In this document: positions 53,089-64,000 of the stretch, in pieces | Layout of the letters: every line of letters begins with the position of its first letter | Position numbering within the stretch: the stretch's first letter is position 1 | From: Octopus bimaculoides | Taxonomy: Eukaryota | Reading direction: 5' to 3' | NCBI RefSeq assembly: GCF_001194135.2 | Contig: NC_068992.1 | Location: 8,644,360-8,708,359 of the forward strand | DNA length: 64,000 nucleotides | Notes under the pieces: generated by a model | Told to the model about the DNA's origin: nothing | The model's input: only the letters and a program-made list of their open reading frames with translations | The model's database searches: none | Program-made: the position numbers and the translations under genes

Positions 53089-54661
53089 GTGAGTTGTCTA
53101 TAATTATGTGTTTCTTTTATGGTTTACATGAGAAAACAACGCTAATCCGACAAGCCTAAAAATGAAAGGCGTTCCGATCGTGAACCTCCTGTCATTTTTA
53201 CTTTATTTCAAACATAATATATCTAAGACTTATATTGTCTATTGTGTTCTGTCATTTCCTCATAATTTTTTAAGATACCAAAGTATTGAAATCTAGCAGT
53301 TCGAGCGACCACGTAGTGACTTCATCGTTGGTTCACCCGTTTATGTGTGATATATGTTTGTGTTTACAGAGAGTGCAGCTTTTTATAATCACAAATATTG
53401 TTATTAATGGGTTTGATTTTTTTGGAGGGGGGCAAGAATTCCTTTATGCGGTCCTATCGATGCGCTGGTTAATCTATGTTTTTCTCTATTTTCTAAATAT
53501 ACATAAATATATATTCTAGTGTATTTTGTGTATATACCATTGTATATAAAGCGTAATTGTTTCTAATTTAACGTTTCACGATTATTATTATTCTAGTTTC
53601 CATGGCTATTTTTCAATTTGGTAACTGCTGGAAAATTTCTTTATGTAGAATCGTTCGTGGATCTTTTTGATGTAAGAAGAGTTTCGATTTCAGGATCAAC
53701 TTAATGGTCGTATGAGTCACTTCCACAACAAGCGGTCATAATTACGTGTCTATAGAGAAAAAACGAAAACATTTATTTACATAAATGCCCACGCACGACT
53801 TAAGTTTCAAATACTTTGCTGAGATAGTATCTGAGAATTACCTCTTCTGTAAGACAGTAATTTTAGTTATAAAATAAGAATGTATTCACAATACTTATAA
53901 AGTAGATGTATGGGCGGAGGTAAAGAATACGTACACCACCCATTTTCGGCGTAACAGAAACTCTAACCCTAAACACCGGGTGTATATATTCTTTACTTTC
54001 GCCGATGTATGTATTAACAATTGCAAGCCCCCTCCCTTCCCTCGTCATTCTCTTTCTCTCTACTGCTGGTGTGTTGACATGGGAATGATCAGCTGAAGTA
54101 CTTGGACACTTGCTTTCGGACTTCCCAAGTCTATCACCATATATACCAGTGACAGGAGGCTGGAGACATGATTTGAACTCGAGAATCACAGAGCCGAAAC
54201 AGTTACCGCAAGACGTCCTATTTCATGCTTCAACATTCCTGAACTAGATGAAAAGCAAAGTTGACGTAGGTGGGATTCTGTCCGACTTTGTCAATTCGAC
54301 TCCATACATAAGGAAACACGTATGTGCACATCATTTAGCTCTAGGTTAACCTGATCAAGGAAACCTATGACATCCCCCCCCCCAATTTCATGCCTTGTTA
54401 CTATTACACTCATCTCTTGAGACAAGTGCAATAATGAATATTTGCCGAATTAAGTATTGGGTTTGAGGATTGTGTTAATTTACTTCCTCTCCCAGAAATC
54501 AAGCCTTGTACCTATGTTAGAAATAATAATTAGTGGGTGGGGAATTGGCAGAATTGCTTCAGTGTCAGACAAAGTGCCTTACAGTAATTTTTTTACCTCT
54601 TTACATTCTTAACATGCCTGTCATGCAATACATCAAAATGAGATATCCATTTTGATTTCAG

Positions 54662-54748
54662 GTTCAATTATGCCAAGAATCCTGCTTCACAGAAATACAT
54701 ACTTGTGAAGGGAACCGAAACATTCATTATTCTGATCCTCAAGGTGTG
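54662..54748 (+). other. JTB: Probable non-coding 5' exon of JTB
   Basis: Acceptor tttgatttcag at 54661 and donor gtaagt at 54749; 87 nt of unique sequence between the promoter and the ATG exon. Confidence 0.5.
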
Positions 54749-55366
54749 GTAAGTAACGGTCTATTCTAAAGAAAGCTGCTTGCCATCAGCTTTCTTTGTT
54801 GGGTTTTTTTTTTTTTTTGGAAGGCAGAGAAAGAATACGGTGCTTCTCTATCATACAGTCTACTGCAGTATCCATAATCCATGCTGTGAAATGATCTAAT
54901 CTTGATCAAGGATAGTATTAAGGTTTAGAGTGAGGACTAGGTTTTTGGTTAAACTGCACAGTGGCCAGGTAGATTGCTGAAGTCATACTAAGAGTGCTTT
55001 ACTGAATTGTTATCATTTATTGTAGATATATTATCATCATCATCATCAGTCAGTTTGTGCTATCAAAATCTGGAATTTTTTTCTTTCTTCTGTGCAAAAA
55101 TCATACTTTCTAGGGAATGTTGTGTGACTGAATTGTTCCTCCCATACTTTATTACCACTTTGGGATTAAATAACACAAGGCATTTTAGTTTCCTCTCTAA
55201 GAAGATAATTTATGAAAAGAAATGTGAAACTCTGTTTTCCTTAACTACCTGAAAAGAATCAGAAATTAATATAAGTAAATTTTAGTCCAATAATTTTTCT
55301 TTCTTTATTTCTCACTCTAGAAAACCAACTATTTTTAACTGATGAATATATTTATCACAAATCAAA

Positions 55367-55422
55367 ATGATTGAGCTTTGTACGAAGAAACGGATGGCCA
55401 TTGCTATCATCATACTAATTAG
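55367..55422 (+). CDS. JTB: JTB coding exon 1 (exon starts at acceptor 55321, short UTR part)
   Basis: Polypyrimidine tract + ctctag at 55320; caaaATG; MIELCTKKRMAIAIIILI-AG|gtaagt. Confidence 0.88.
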
Positions 55423-58400
55423 GTAAGTACACTTGCTTGTTTTTAGCCCCAGGTCAACCTTCATCAAGTAGGTGTGATCTAAGACATTACAGTTATAATC
55501 AAATTCTTTTTGCTGATGTTCAGACTTCATTATTCAATATGTCCTTCTATTTTTTAAAGACAGTACAATGTAGTTTGAAGGATTTGACTGTTATTTCTTG
55601 CTGTTTAAGTGATTTCATTGGAGCTCTCTCATTGGCAAATGCATTTGTATCTTTTTTCCTTCTTTTCCAATTCACTCAACTCTCTGTTTTGGTTTAGCCA
55701 CCTTTTGTTGTACACACTGAGAACATTTATCTCAAATCTCTTCCTTTCAGAGTCGTATCTAGTAACTTAACATATGTACTCCAAGTGAAACTATGTCCAG
55801 TAAAATGGTAACAAAATGGAATAACGAATTCATCCCATCTCGATTTCTCCGCTTCTGCACTTCACACAAACTCATGGGGTGCAAGCTTGGAATAAAATTT
55901 TTGCCCTCGTGGACCAAATCACATCTTCTCATTTTTGTTTTTTGTGTCCCAAGTTGGTATACTGACTCACCAAATGTTCATAATTTTTACCTCGAATCCC
56001 AGCCAAAGCCTCTGCAGCAACCTTAATATACAGCTGCAGCTTAACCTTTTCAATACCAACCTGTCTGAGACTACCCTTATTTCTATCATACAAATTGCCA
56101 GTGCTGCATTAACATCCCTGTGCCAGTGGCACAAAAAAAGCATCCAGCACACTCAGTTAAGTGAGTGTTAGGAAGGGCATCCAGCTATAGAAACCATGTC
56201 ACAACAGACAGTTGGAGTCTGGACAGCTTCCTGCTAACCAGCTTTATCTCAAACCGTTCAACCCATGCCAGCATCGAAAGTAGACGTTAAACGAGGATGA
56301 TGATGAAGATGATGAAAGTGCCAGTCTTATTATTGTTGGGTTGTAATTATTTGTTTGTTTCTTTTTTTTTTTTTTATTTCAGTGCATCAGTTGTCACTGT
56401 AGTAGTTGAAAGTAAATGGTCATCTCATCATGTGATTAGCAAAGAAGCAGAATTAAGTGCTGTTGGTATGTTGATTGGTTTATCTATTTCTAATTCTTTC
56501 CTATTCACACACCCTACCCCAACAAACCAATCTACATCTCTACATCTTCCTCACATTTCTTCCTTCATGCACTACGTCTAACCCTCACTCCCCTATCCTG
56601 TCCTCATGGCCCTGTTTTTCTGTATCATTGCTATCTGGTAGCCCCACCCCACTCTATATACCCAGCTTTTCACCACTCCCTTCCTTTCCACACTCTCTCA
56701 TCATACTTTTTTGGCAATGTCCTGCCATTTGTATTATGACCTTCGAACCTGAAGGGTATACCCTGGCACTTGCCACCATCTATATCTTTCTCTGCCTTTA
56801 CTCGACCATCCCATTTTTATTCTGATCCCCACTCCTGTGAGTATGCCCAGCACTTTGCCACCATCTTTATCCTGCTGTCTCCCCATTTTCTTTCTCCTTC
56901 TCCTGCACTTCCCTCAGGTTGGATAACCGTGTATCTCCTTTGTGATAAGCACACTTGTTTCTTTCCTCATTCTCAATTTCTCTCTCTCTCTCCAGCTGGG
57001 TAACCTTGTACCTCCTCTACTGCAAAACATCTGTTCCTGTCTCTCTGCCTCACTATAACCTTTCATCATCTGACACAAGATCACCTCCTCCAATGTCCCC
57101 TCCTCTCAAAAGATTTTTGTCTTGCAAGTTACTTGGTGACCCTGTTAGTGCAGGTTCTACTTAAAAACCACTCAGACCACACTGTAAAGTGGTTGGCATT
57201 TGGAAGGGCAGCCAGCAGTAAAGATCTTGCCAAAACTGACCTCACCTGTGTTTGTGCCATGTAAAAAGCACTAAGTCCACTCTGCTGGGTGGTTGGTGTT
57301 GGGAAGGGCATCCAGCTGTAAAAATCTTGCAACGACAGTTACAGAAGTCTGGTGCAGGCTCCTGCCTGGCCAGCTCCTGTTAAACCGTCCCACCCATGCC
57401 AGCATAGGAGGCAGATGTTAAATGATGAAGATGATGATGATTTAACCCAAATAAACTGCACTTCATATTTGAGGCTCTGATGAAGCTATAAGGTATTACT
57501 CAAGCTCTCAACTATAAGTCCACTGCATCTTATAGCAGAAACAGCTGGAAGCTGATGAAGTTCTTATGATAATCGTTATTCCTTTGTCATCTCATTTTCT
57601 TAGCATAAATAATATGCATTCAAACAAGAAGAGGTAGTGAATTAATGGTAGACTATTTAAATATTCACAGAGACAACTATAGTCTTTCTTTTTAATCAAA
57701 TATTAGTAATATACTGAAATAATTCCTGAAGGATCGAAAGTGAGTTAATCCTTAAATATATGCAGTTTGTTTTCTTTTTTATTGTTTTAGCCCAATCAGA
57801 TAATACTTCCACGTGTGTGAATGGTTATGGAACTGTCATCAACTCCTGTGTAGAATGCACTGCATTTGAGTTGGTAAGTATAAAATGATTGTATTTGCTG
57901 ATTTCAAATAACACCTTTATGTTTACCTAATGTTCATATTTCATATTAAATATAGAAATGCAAAAATATCAAATGACATCGAAAATAAGCTGCTACAAAT
58001 TTAAGTGAACTCAAATTAAGCATTAAAAAAACTACATGGAATATCTCTTGAAATTATTGTCACAGAAAGAAAGACCACTGTAAGAAATTCCTTCTTAAGA
58101 AAAGTAAGGGCAGTACATTAGATAATTTAGTCTTAAATATATTGCATCCGACTAAAGGATAGGACGATTCCAACTTCAATCCTTTTGATCATAAGTCTGA
58201 AGAACAACTGTAAAAATGGAGACAATTCTAAGTAAGTCAGAAATGTAATAATTCAAGGGGACATAACTCCTATAATTTTTGAAACGTTATGGTCATTAAA
58301 TAGGATACGTAAAATTATTTTACTTTGAGTGTTTTTCTTTTGTTCTTTAAATGCCTTGATTGGATTGTAGAAATACAAAATGTGTTAAATTAGAAATGGC

Positions 58401-60787
58401 AATTGTAGGCCTTTAGACTATCTTTTACCTTTCACTATGAAATTAAACTCTTTAGCATTCGGATTACTTTGTCAACTGTAATGTTATTTATTTACATTGT
58501 TTTGAATTAATCCTGCATAATCTCGTGGTTTTGAGGATTTGATGTGATTGTTTAATTTTAGAATAACATGGTCGGGTAGGTATAAAAGGCTGGATTTAGC
58601 TGCTTTGAACATAAAACAGGCAGAATATTTTGGCCGGATATGGATGGTTTAAATGCTAAAGGGTTAAATTTCATGGTTATTCCAGTAATGACGTTAAATA
58701 TTTATAAAAAAATAGAATTGGTATTTTCTGCATCTCAAGTTTGCCTCAATAAACTTGACATATCTCATCAAAAAATAGTTTCAAATATGACATTCCTTAA
58801 TGAAAGATAGATTAGTATATAAATCTTTTCTCTGCTGTTAAGTGTAATGAAATTTTGAGTGGATATATCTGCTTTTTTAGTGAAGCTATAGTTATAAAGT
58901 GATTAAAATGAATGAACATATGTACTGATCACTTCAATTACTGCTTTTTTTTTTTGTAGAAATTGGAAAGGCGATACTGTCAAGAAACAGGTTTAAAAAC
59001 ATTAATACGTTGTCCAGATGGCCGACATCTATACAAGAAGTAAGTTAACAACTTTGGTTGTAATATCTATAATGCTGTGGTTATTGCTTTTGTTTAACCT
59101 CAGGTCAGTACTAACCCAAAATTATGATCAAAGACATTCTACCTGTGACCATCTTGTCTTTTTTTCGATACCCAAGACTACAGTACCCATTATGTCCTCT
59201 ACATTTTGTTTGATAGGATGCTATGTGAAGAAGATTTGACTGTTATATCTAACACGTCAATCAACGACAGAGAAGCTCTCACATCAGCTCTGATATCCCT
59301 CATTGGCTTGTATCATTTATGCGATGAAATATATGCACTCCATTTTCACTGGTTCTTCTTCAGTTAATTAATGAAATGAACTAATTTTGACACCTTTCCC
59401 TTAAGTGAATAATGAGAAAGCCTACAAGGTCACATAGATTGCCCAGGTTCCTGTAGAAATATGCCAGATCAAATTGGAGCCTGGTGCAGCCTTCTAGCTT
59501 GCCAGTCCAGTCCTCAGTCAAATCGTCCAACCCATGCTAGCATGGAAAGCGGATGTTAAAAGATGATGATGATGATGATTGTTTGTGGTTAAGAATTCAA
59601 AATAGAAAAGAAACCATTCTTCTGATAGAGTTGTTATGATTTAAAGCTTTTTGGCTTTGTTTCATCAGGTTTTTATTCTCTTGTGTAGTTAGTTGTATAC
59701 TACTTATAAATAGCTGATAATCTATGAATCGGGAAGTTTGATTGAGGTTAATTAAACTTGTTAGGAGATTTGTAATTAAAAGATATTGTTAATAGACGGT
59801 AGACAGAATGAAAGCAGAACAAAGGATAGAAGTGACACACAGAGAATGTTTTCATTTGGGAAAATGAGTGAAAAAACAAGAAGGTTGTTTCTGTATGGAT
59901 AGTTCGCAGTTTGTTTCAACTCTGTTGCCAAATGGAGGAGACCCTGTGCAGCCATTTGACTTATTACAAATAGAAGCCAAATTTCTCTTAATTAGCACTC
60001 CACTATCATCATCAAAATCAGTTAACATCTACTTTTCTGTGCTTGCATGAATTAGTTTATTGATACAGATTTTGTACAGTGAGATGCTCTTCCTGTTGCC
60101 AACATCACCTATTTCCAAGCAAGGTAATATTTCTCCATGGCCATACATGCTTTCCATGGAAGACTGGAAATGAACAACGTCACTTGTATGACAGTGATGC
60201 TTGTTTATAACCATCACATGATGTCCATAGAAAAATACATGCAAACAGTCTCTCACACACACACACACACACAGGTGTGTGTGTGCATGTATGACTGACT
60301 TGTTTCAGTTTCTGTCTATCAAATCCATTTCACAAGATTTTGGTCAACCTAGGGTTATAGTAGCAGACAGTTACCCAAAGTGCCACACAGTGGGGCTGTT
60401 ATGTCAGCAGTGTCCTTTGTTTCCTATCTTCCATGAAAAAATATCTGGTCATAGGGAAATATCGCCTTGACATAAAAGACATCTGGCCACAAAAAATCTG
60501 TCTCAGTAAATTCCGTCTGACCTATGTAAGCATTGAAAAGTGGATGCAAAAATTACAATCATCATAAAATGATCACCATAAAAAATGCATGGTCAATATG
60601 CACACAACATTTCCCTAAAGTACTTTAGGCCCATAGTCCAACTCTTATATATCATGAGTCTAGTTTGTTACAATATGGTAAAACATGTATGGTAATTATG
60701 AAAATATGAGTCTGGAAAATTATTTATTTTAAAAGGATTGAATAAAATGGCTAGATTTCATAGTCTCCTGACTGAATCATAGAGCAG

Positions 60788-60825
<38 letters not shown>

Positions 60826-61445
60826 TGTGCCAATATATATAATACTATATATGTGCAGTACCACTATAAAATGATGTGAGAATGATAGCCTCTACACTGC
60901 CTGTCAGCTGGTTAGAAATTGCAGCCTAATCTCTGCAGAAGGTAACATTAAACGATATAGTCCTAGGTATACAAGAAAAAAAAAAAAAAAAAAGTCACAG
61001 CTGAAACTTTTTTTTTTTTTTGTAAGTATATGTTCAATTGGATCTCTATTCTGGTTAAATGGTAACTGTAAAACATGTAACTCTATATATCTTTATTCAT
61101 TGAAAAAATCCTGAAAGAGTATGGATTGTCCTAACAAAGTCTGTTAACATAGCATATTATCCAATGAAAATTTGATAATACTTGATCTTATATATCTTTC
61201 CATCCTCCTTCAAAACTCACCTCCAAAAAATAAATGGACCATTTACAACAAAGTAATGTATTTATTTATTTATTTATTGTAGTTGCCCAGCAGACACATG
61301 GAAAGAAGAGAAAAAATTTCTGCTCTTTGAATGTCTTACAACCATAACAGGACTTCTCTCTTATGCTGTAGTCCGATACAGACAGCGTCGATTAGATCAT
61401 CTTCTGATGGAAAAAATTAACAGACAGATAGCAGCTGGTCTTTAA
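55367..61445 (+). CDS. JTB: Protein JTB (jumping translocation breakpoint) homologue; spliced CDS join(55367..55422,56383..56465,57791..57873,58960..59039,61283..61445), 154 aa
   Basis: Five GT-AG exons (56+83+83+80+163 nt, phases 2,1,0,2) give MIELCTKKRMAIAIIILISASVVTVVVESKWSSHHVISKEAELSAVAQSDNTSTCVNGYGTVINSCVECTAFELKLERRYCQETGLKTLIRCPDGRHLYKNCPADTWKEEKKFLLFECLTTITGLLSYAVVRYRQRRLDHLLMEKINRQIAAGL*. It has an N-terminal hydrophobic segment, a six-Cys ectodomain (C..CxxC..C..C..C), F..FE before a TM helix and an RQRxLD...KI.RQI tail, which is the JTB family pattern. Confidence 0.92.
56383..56465 (+). CDS. JTB: JTB coding exon 2
   Basis: T-rich tract + ttcag|; (S)ASVVTVVVESKWSSHHVISKEAELSAV-G|gtatgt; the only candidate I found that reconciles phase 2 to phase 1. 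Confidence 0.85.
57474..57552 (+). ncRNA. Hammerhead ribozyme-like motif in a JTB intron (cleavage triplet GUA changed to GGA)
   Basis: GCT-CTGATGA-A-GCTATAAG-(36 nt)-CTTATAGC-A-GAAAC-AGCT-GGA-AGC: 8-bp stem II, 3-bp stem I. Confidence 0.55.
57791..57873 (+). CDS. JTB: JTB coding exon 3
   Basis: ttttag|; (A)QSDNTSTCVNGYGTVINSCVECTAFEL|gtaagt. Confidence 0.9.
58960..59039 (+). CDS. JTB: JTB coding exon 4
   Basis: ttttgtag|; KLERRYCQETGLKTLIRCPDGRHLYK-AA|gtaagt. Confidence 0.9.
61283..61445 (+). CDS. JTB: JTB coding exon 5 (TM helix and cytoplasmic tail, stop)
   Basis: tattgtag|; (N)CPADTWKEEKKFLLFECLTTITGLLSYAVVRYRQRRLDHLLMEKINRQIAAGL-TAA. Confidence 0.93.
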
Positions 61446-61959
61446 TCAGGATGAGGACATTATTATTATTATTGTTGTTGTTATTTTCATCATTATCATT
61501 ATTATTATTGAACGTGGCTGAGCTGGCAGAATCATTACTGTGCTGGATAAAATGCCTAGCAGCATTTCTTCCAGCTTTTTACAGTCTGAGTTCAAATTCC
61601 GCTGAGGTCGACTTTGCCTTTCATCCTTTCAATGTTGATAAATTAAGTACCATAATCGACTTGTTCCCTCCCACAAAATTTCAGGCTTTCTGCCTTTAGT
61701 AGAAAGAATTGTTGTTGTTATTATTATTATAATTATTATTATTATTATTAAGGCAGCGAGCTGCCAGAATCATTAGCACACCGGGTGAAATGCTTCGCGG
61801 TATTTCGTCTGTCGCTACATTCAAGAGTTCAAATTCCAAGGTTGACAAATTAAGTACCAGTCAAGTACTGGAGTCGATGTGATAGACTTATCCCCTCCCC
61901 ACAAATTATTTTTATTATAACTGAATATAAAAAACAAACATTAGTATACACATACACAC

Positions 61960-62440
61960 ACCTTTGTTGGTAACAAAGGGCCTCTTCCCTCAGAGTGAAA
62001 GGCAAATTGTATGATGCCTGCATGTTAACAGCCATGCTGCATGGCAGTGGAGTATGGGCTGTGACTACAGAGAACATGTGAAAGCTTAAATTAAATGAAG
62101 CTAGCATGCTCTGTTGGATGTACAATGTCAGAGTGCGCGTACAACAGAATATAAGTATCTTAGAGAATAATTGGATATAATAGACATCAGATGTAGTGTG
62201 CAAGAGAGAAGACTGCACTGGTATGACCGAAACTGCTAGTGTGTAGTTGTGCTTGTGAAGACATGCCAAGTGGGTGTGGCACATAAAAGACACTCAATAG
62301 AGGGGTTAGTTTTAGGAAGGGCATCCAGCTGTAGAAACCAAGACAAAACGGATTGGAACCTGGTGCAGCTCTCTGGCTTACCATCTCCAGTCAAACCATC
62401 TTAACCCATAGAAAATGGACATAAAATGATGATGATGATG
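61960..62440 (+). mobile_element. RTE-clade LINE 3' end (ORF C-terminus followed by a tail with (GAT)n)
   Basis: LRVKGKLYDACMLTAMLHGSGVWAVT..M*KL..NEASMLCWMYNVRV...RCSVQERRLHWY, followed by ggaagggcatccagctgtagaaac...atgatgatgatga. Confidence 0.75.
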
Positions 62441-63370
62441 ATATATAGGTTTGGTGATGCAAACTGGAAAATAGAACTCAAAACATAAGTGTGTATATTT
62501 TTTTATTATTAATTAATCAGCAGAAGTTAGAGAGTGACTTCTTCAGATCCAAGAGTTGTAACATCTGCCAAAATATATATATATATATATTCATACACAC
62601 ACACACATACACACAGATTTAAAGATAAATGTCTGTAAATACCTAAAAACAATAAACATTTTCTGAATAAAAGATTCAGTACAGTAGTTTTGAAGTTTTG
62701 CTGATGGCAGTTTATTTGCTTAAATTAGCCACTGATGTGAAACCTTGAAGCCACTGTCAAGGATTTATAATATATGTACAAAGTTGTTGCTGTTTTTATT
62801 GTTAATCCTCAGGTCAGCATTAATTAGCTAGATGTATGATCAAAAGTTTGTATGAAGTTGAAATGGTTAAACTTTAGTATTACTTTTGAACAAGATTACA
62901 TAATGGGAAGGTTATTGGATAAAACTTCCACATAAGCAAATAGTATGAAACAGATGGTTAAAGCATTTTTGCTCTCTTTCAATCAGTCTTATTTTCAAAT
63001 ATTTAGCTTTTGTTAATGACATTTTTATGTATAAGTAACATTACATGATTTCTTCATTTGGTCTTTTATTACTATATCTGATCAGTATCACAAAGCACAG
63101 TTGTATCTGCAGTATTTTTATGCTACCTAATTCAACAACTAACATTCCAGCCATAACAGTTCCATCAGTGTATGACAAAATGTTGTGATGGTCATACCTA
63201 AAACACGATATGTTTCTTGGATTAGCAACAAATATAGAAAAACCAAAACTAATCAACAGAGAAGAATGAGTACCAACACCAAAACTAATTAACATCAATG
63301 ATTTAGCAGGTGTAGCTAAGGAAGTTGTTGAACAAATCACTCAAGACACAAGCAATAGATATATCACACA

Positions 63371-64000
63371 TACCAGGTTGAGTGAAAAGTGTATTTATAT
63401 TTCAAACTTTAATCAATAGTTCAAACAAATTACATACAGAAAGTATTTATTCATCAAAATATATCCCATATTCTATTGTCTGTTGCCATCATTGTGCCAG
63501 AAACTCAATTCCGCACTTGTGGTTTAGAAGTGAAAAAACTCCCTACACCCATTTTCAACTTCATCCACATTGTTGAACCTCCATCCATGCAGGAAATGAG
63601 TGTATGGTTCAGAAAAGGTGGTAATCTGATGGTACACCACGTGGACTCTAAGCAGGATGATGCAGTACTTCCAACCTCTCAAGTACTCCAAGTTTGCAAT
63701 TTGATCACACTGGCCATGTTTGCTTGGGCATTGTCATACTGTAGGAGTGTTTGTCTTCATTTGACCAATGCTAGTCAATGAGCTTTCAAAGCATCGTATA
63801 CTCTCTGCTTTTGTTGAGCATAAAGGTTAGTGTTCACAACATGTGCAACACTTGCTTGAAATTTCACTAAATGCACATGACTTTCCATTCAAACTGCCCT
63901 TGTTTGACAACATGTTCTGGAGTTTGGCAGAAATGAATCCACTGATTTATCTTATTAGGATTATAAAAATAAATCCATTTTTTATCCTGTTACAATTCAA
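63371..64000 (-). mobile_element. Mariner transposon remnant (C-terminal transposase and right TIR), runs off the window
   Basis: Minus strand: YAQQKQRVYDAL, LLQYDNA, LHHPA*SP..VPSDYHLF (YSPDLAP motif), HFLHGWRFNNVDEVENGCREFF; TIR TA+ccaggttgagtgaaaagtg at 63371. Confidence 0.85.

Noticed and set aside
55751-55807. Possible JTB exon (ttcag|agtcg...aaaatg|gtaaca) and ORF MSSKM
   Set aside because: Its phase is incompatible with the downstream phase-1 exon, and inclusion would break the frame. Exon 56383-56465 fits instead.
46998-61282. Intronic box C/D or H/ACA snoRNAs in COX5A/JTB
   Set aside because: The RTGATGA-like matches were (GAT)n microsatellite tails, and I found no box C/box D pair with a terminal stem by eye. 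A snoscan/Infernal run would be decisive.
63041-63340. 99-aa minus-strand ORF / possible terminal exon of a neighbouring gene
   Set aside because: No recognisable family similarity, and it lies just beyond a mariner TIR. Cannot be supported without transcript data.

Overview
Eukaryotic, AT-rich draft-assembly window with about 12 N-gaps and dense microsatellites. The SINE complement points to a coleoid cephalopod, most likely Octopus (inference). I reconstructed two intact protein-coding genes by hand from splice sites, arranged head-to-head near 53 kb. COX5A (cytochrome c oxidase subunit 5A) is on the - strand with 4 coding exons (52891 to 45194, 157 aa). A JTB (jumping translocation breakpoint) homologue is on the + strand with 5 coding exons (55367 to 61445, 154 aa) plus probable non-coding 5' exons. 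The rest is mostly mobile-element debris: Tc1, mariner, maT-like and hAT/Buster transposase remnants, two complete MITEs with TSDs, CR1-like and RTE-like LINE fragments, a Gypsy integrase and several SINE families. The most unusual signal is a set of minimal type I hammerhead-ribozyme motifs with palindromic stem III, of the kind carried by Penelope-like elements. Two of them sit in a ~660 bp fold-back at 34639-35295, and other variants occur at 21.2, 44.4 and 57.5 kb. Every copy seen has at least one core defect. No prokaryotic-type systems, CRISPR arrays, rRNA or true tRNA genes were found.
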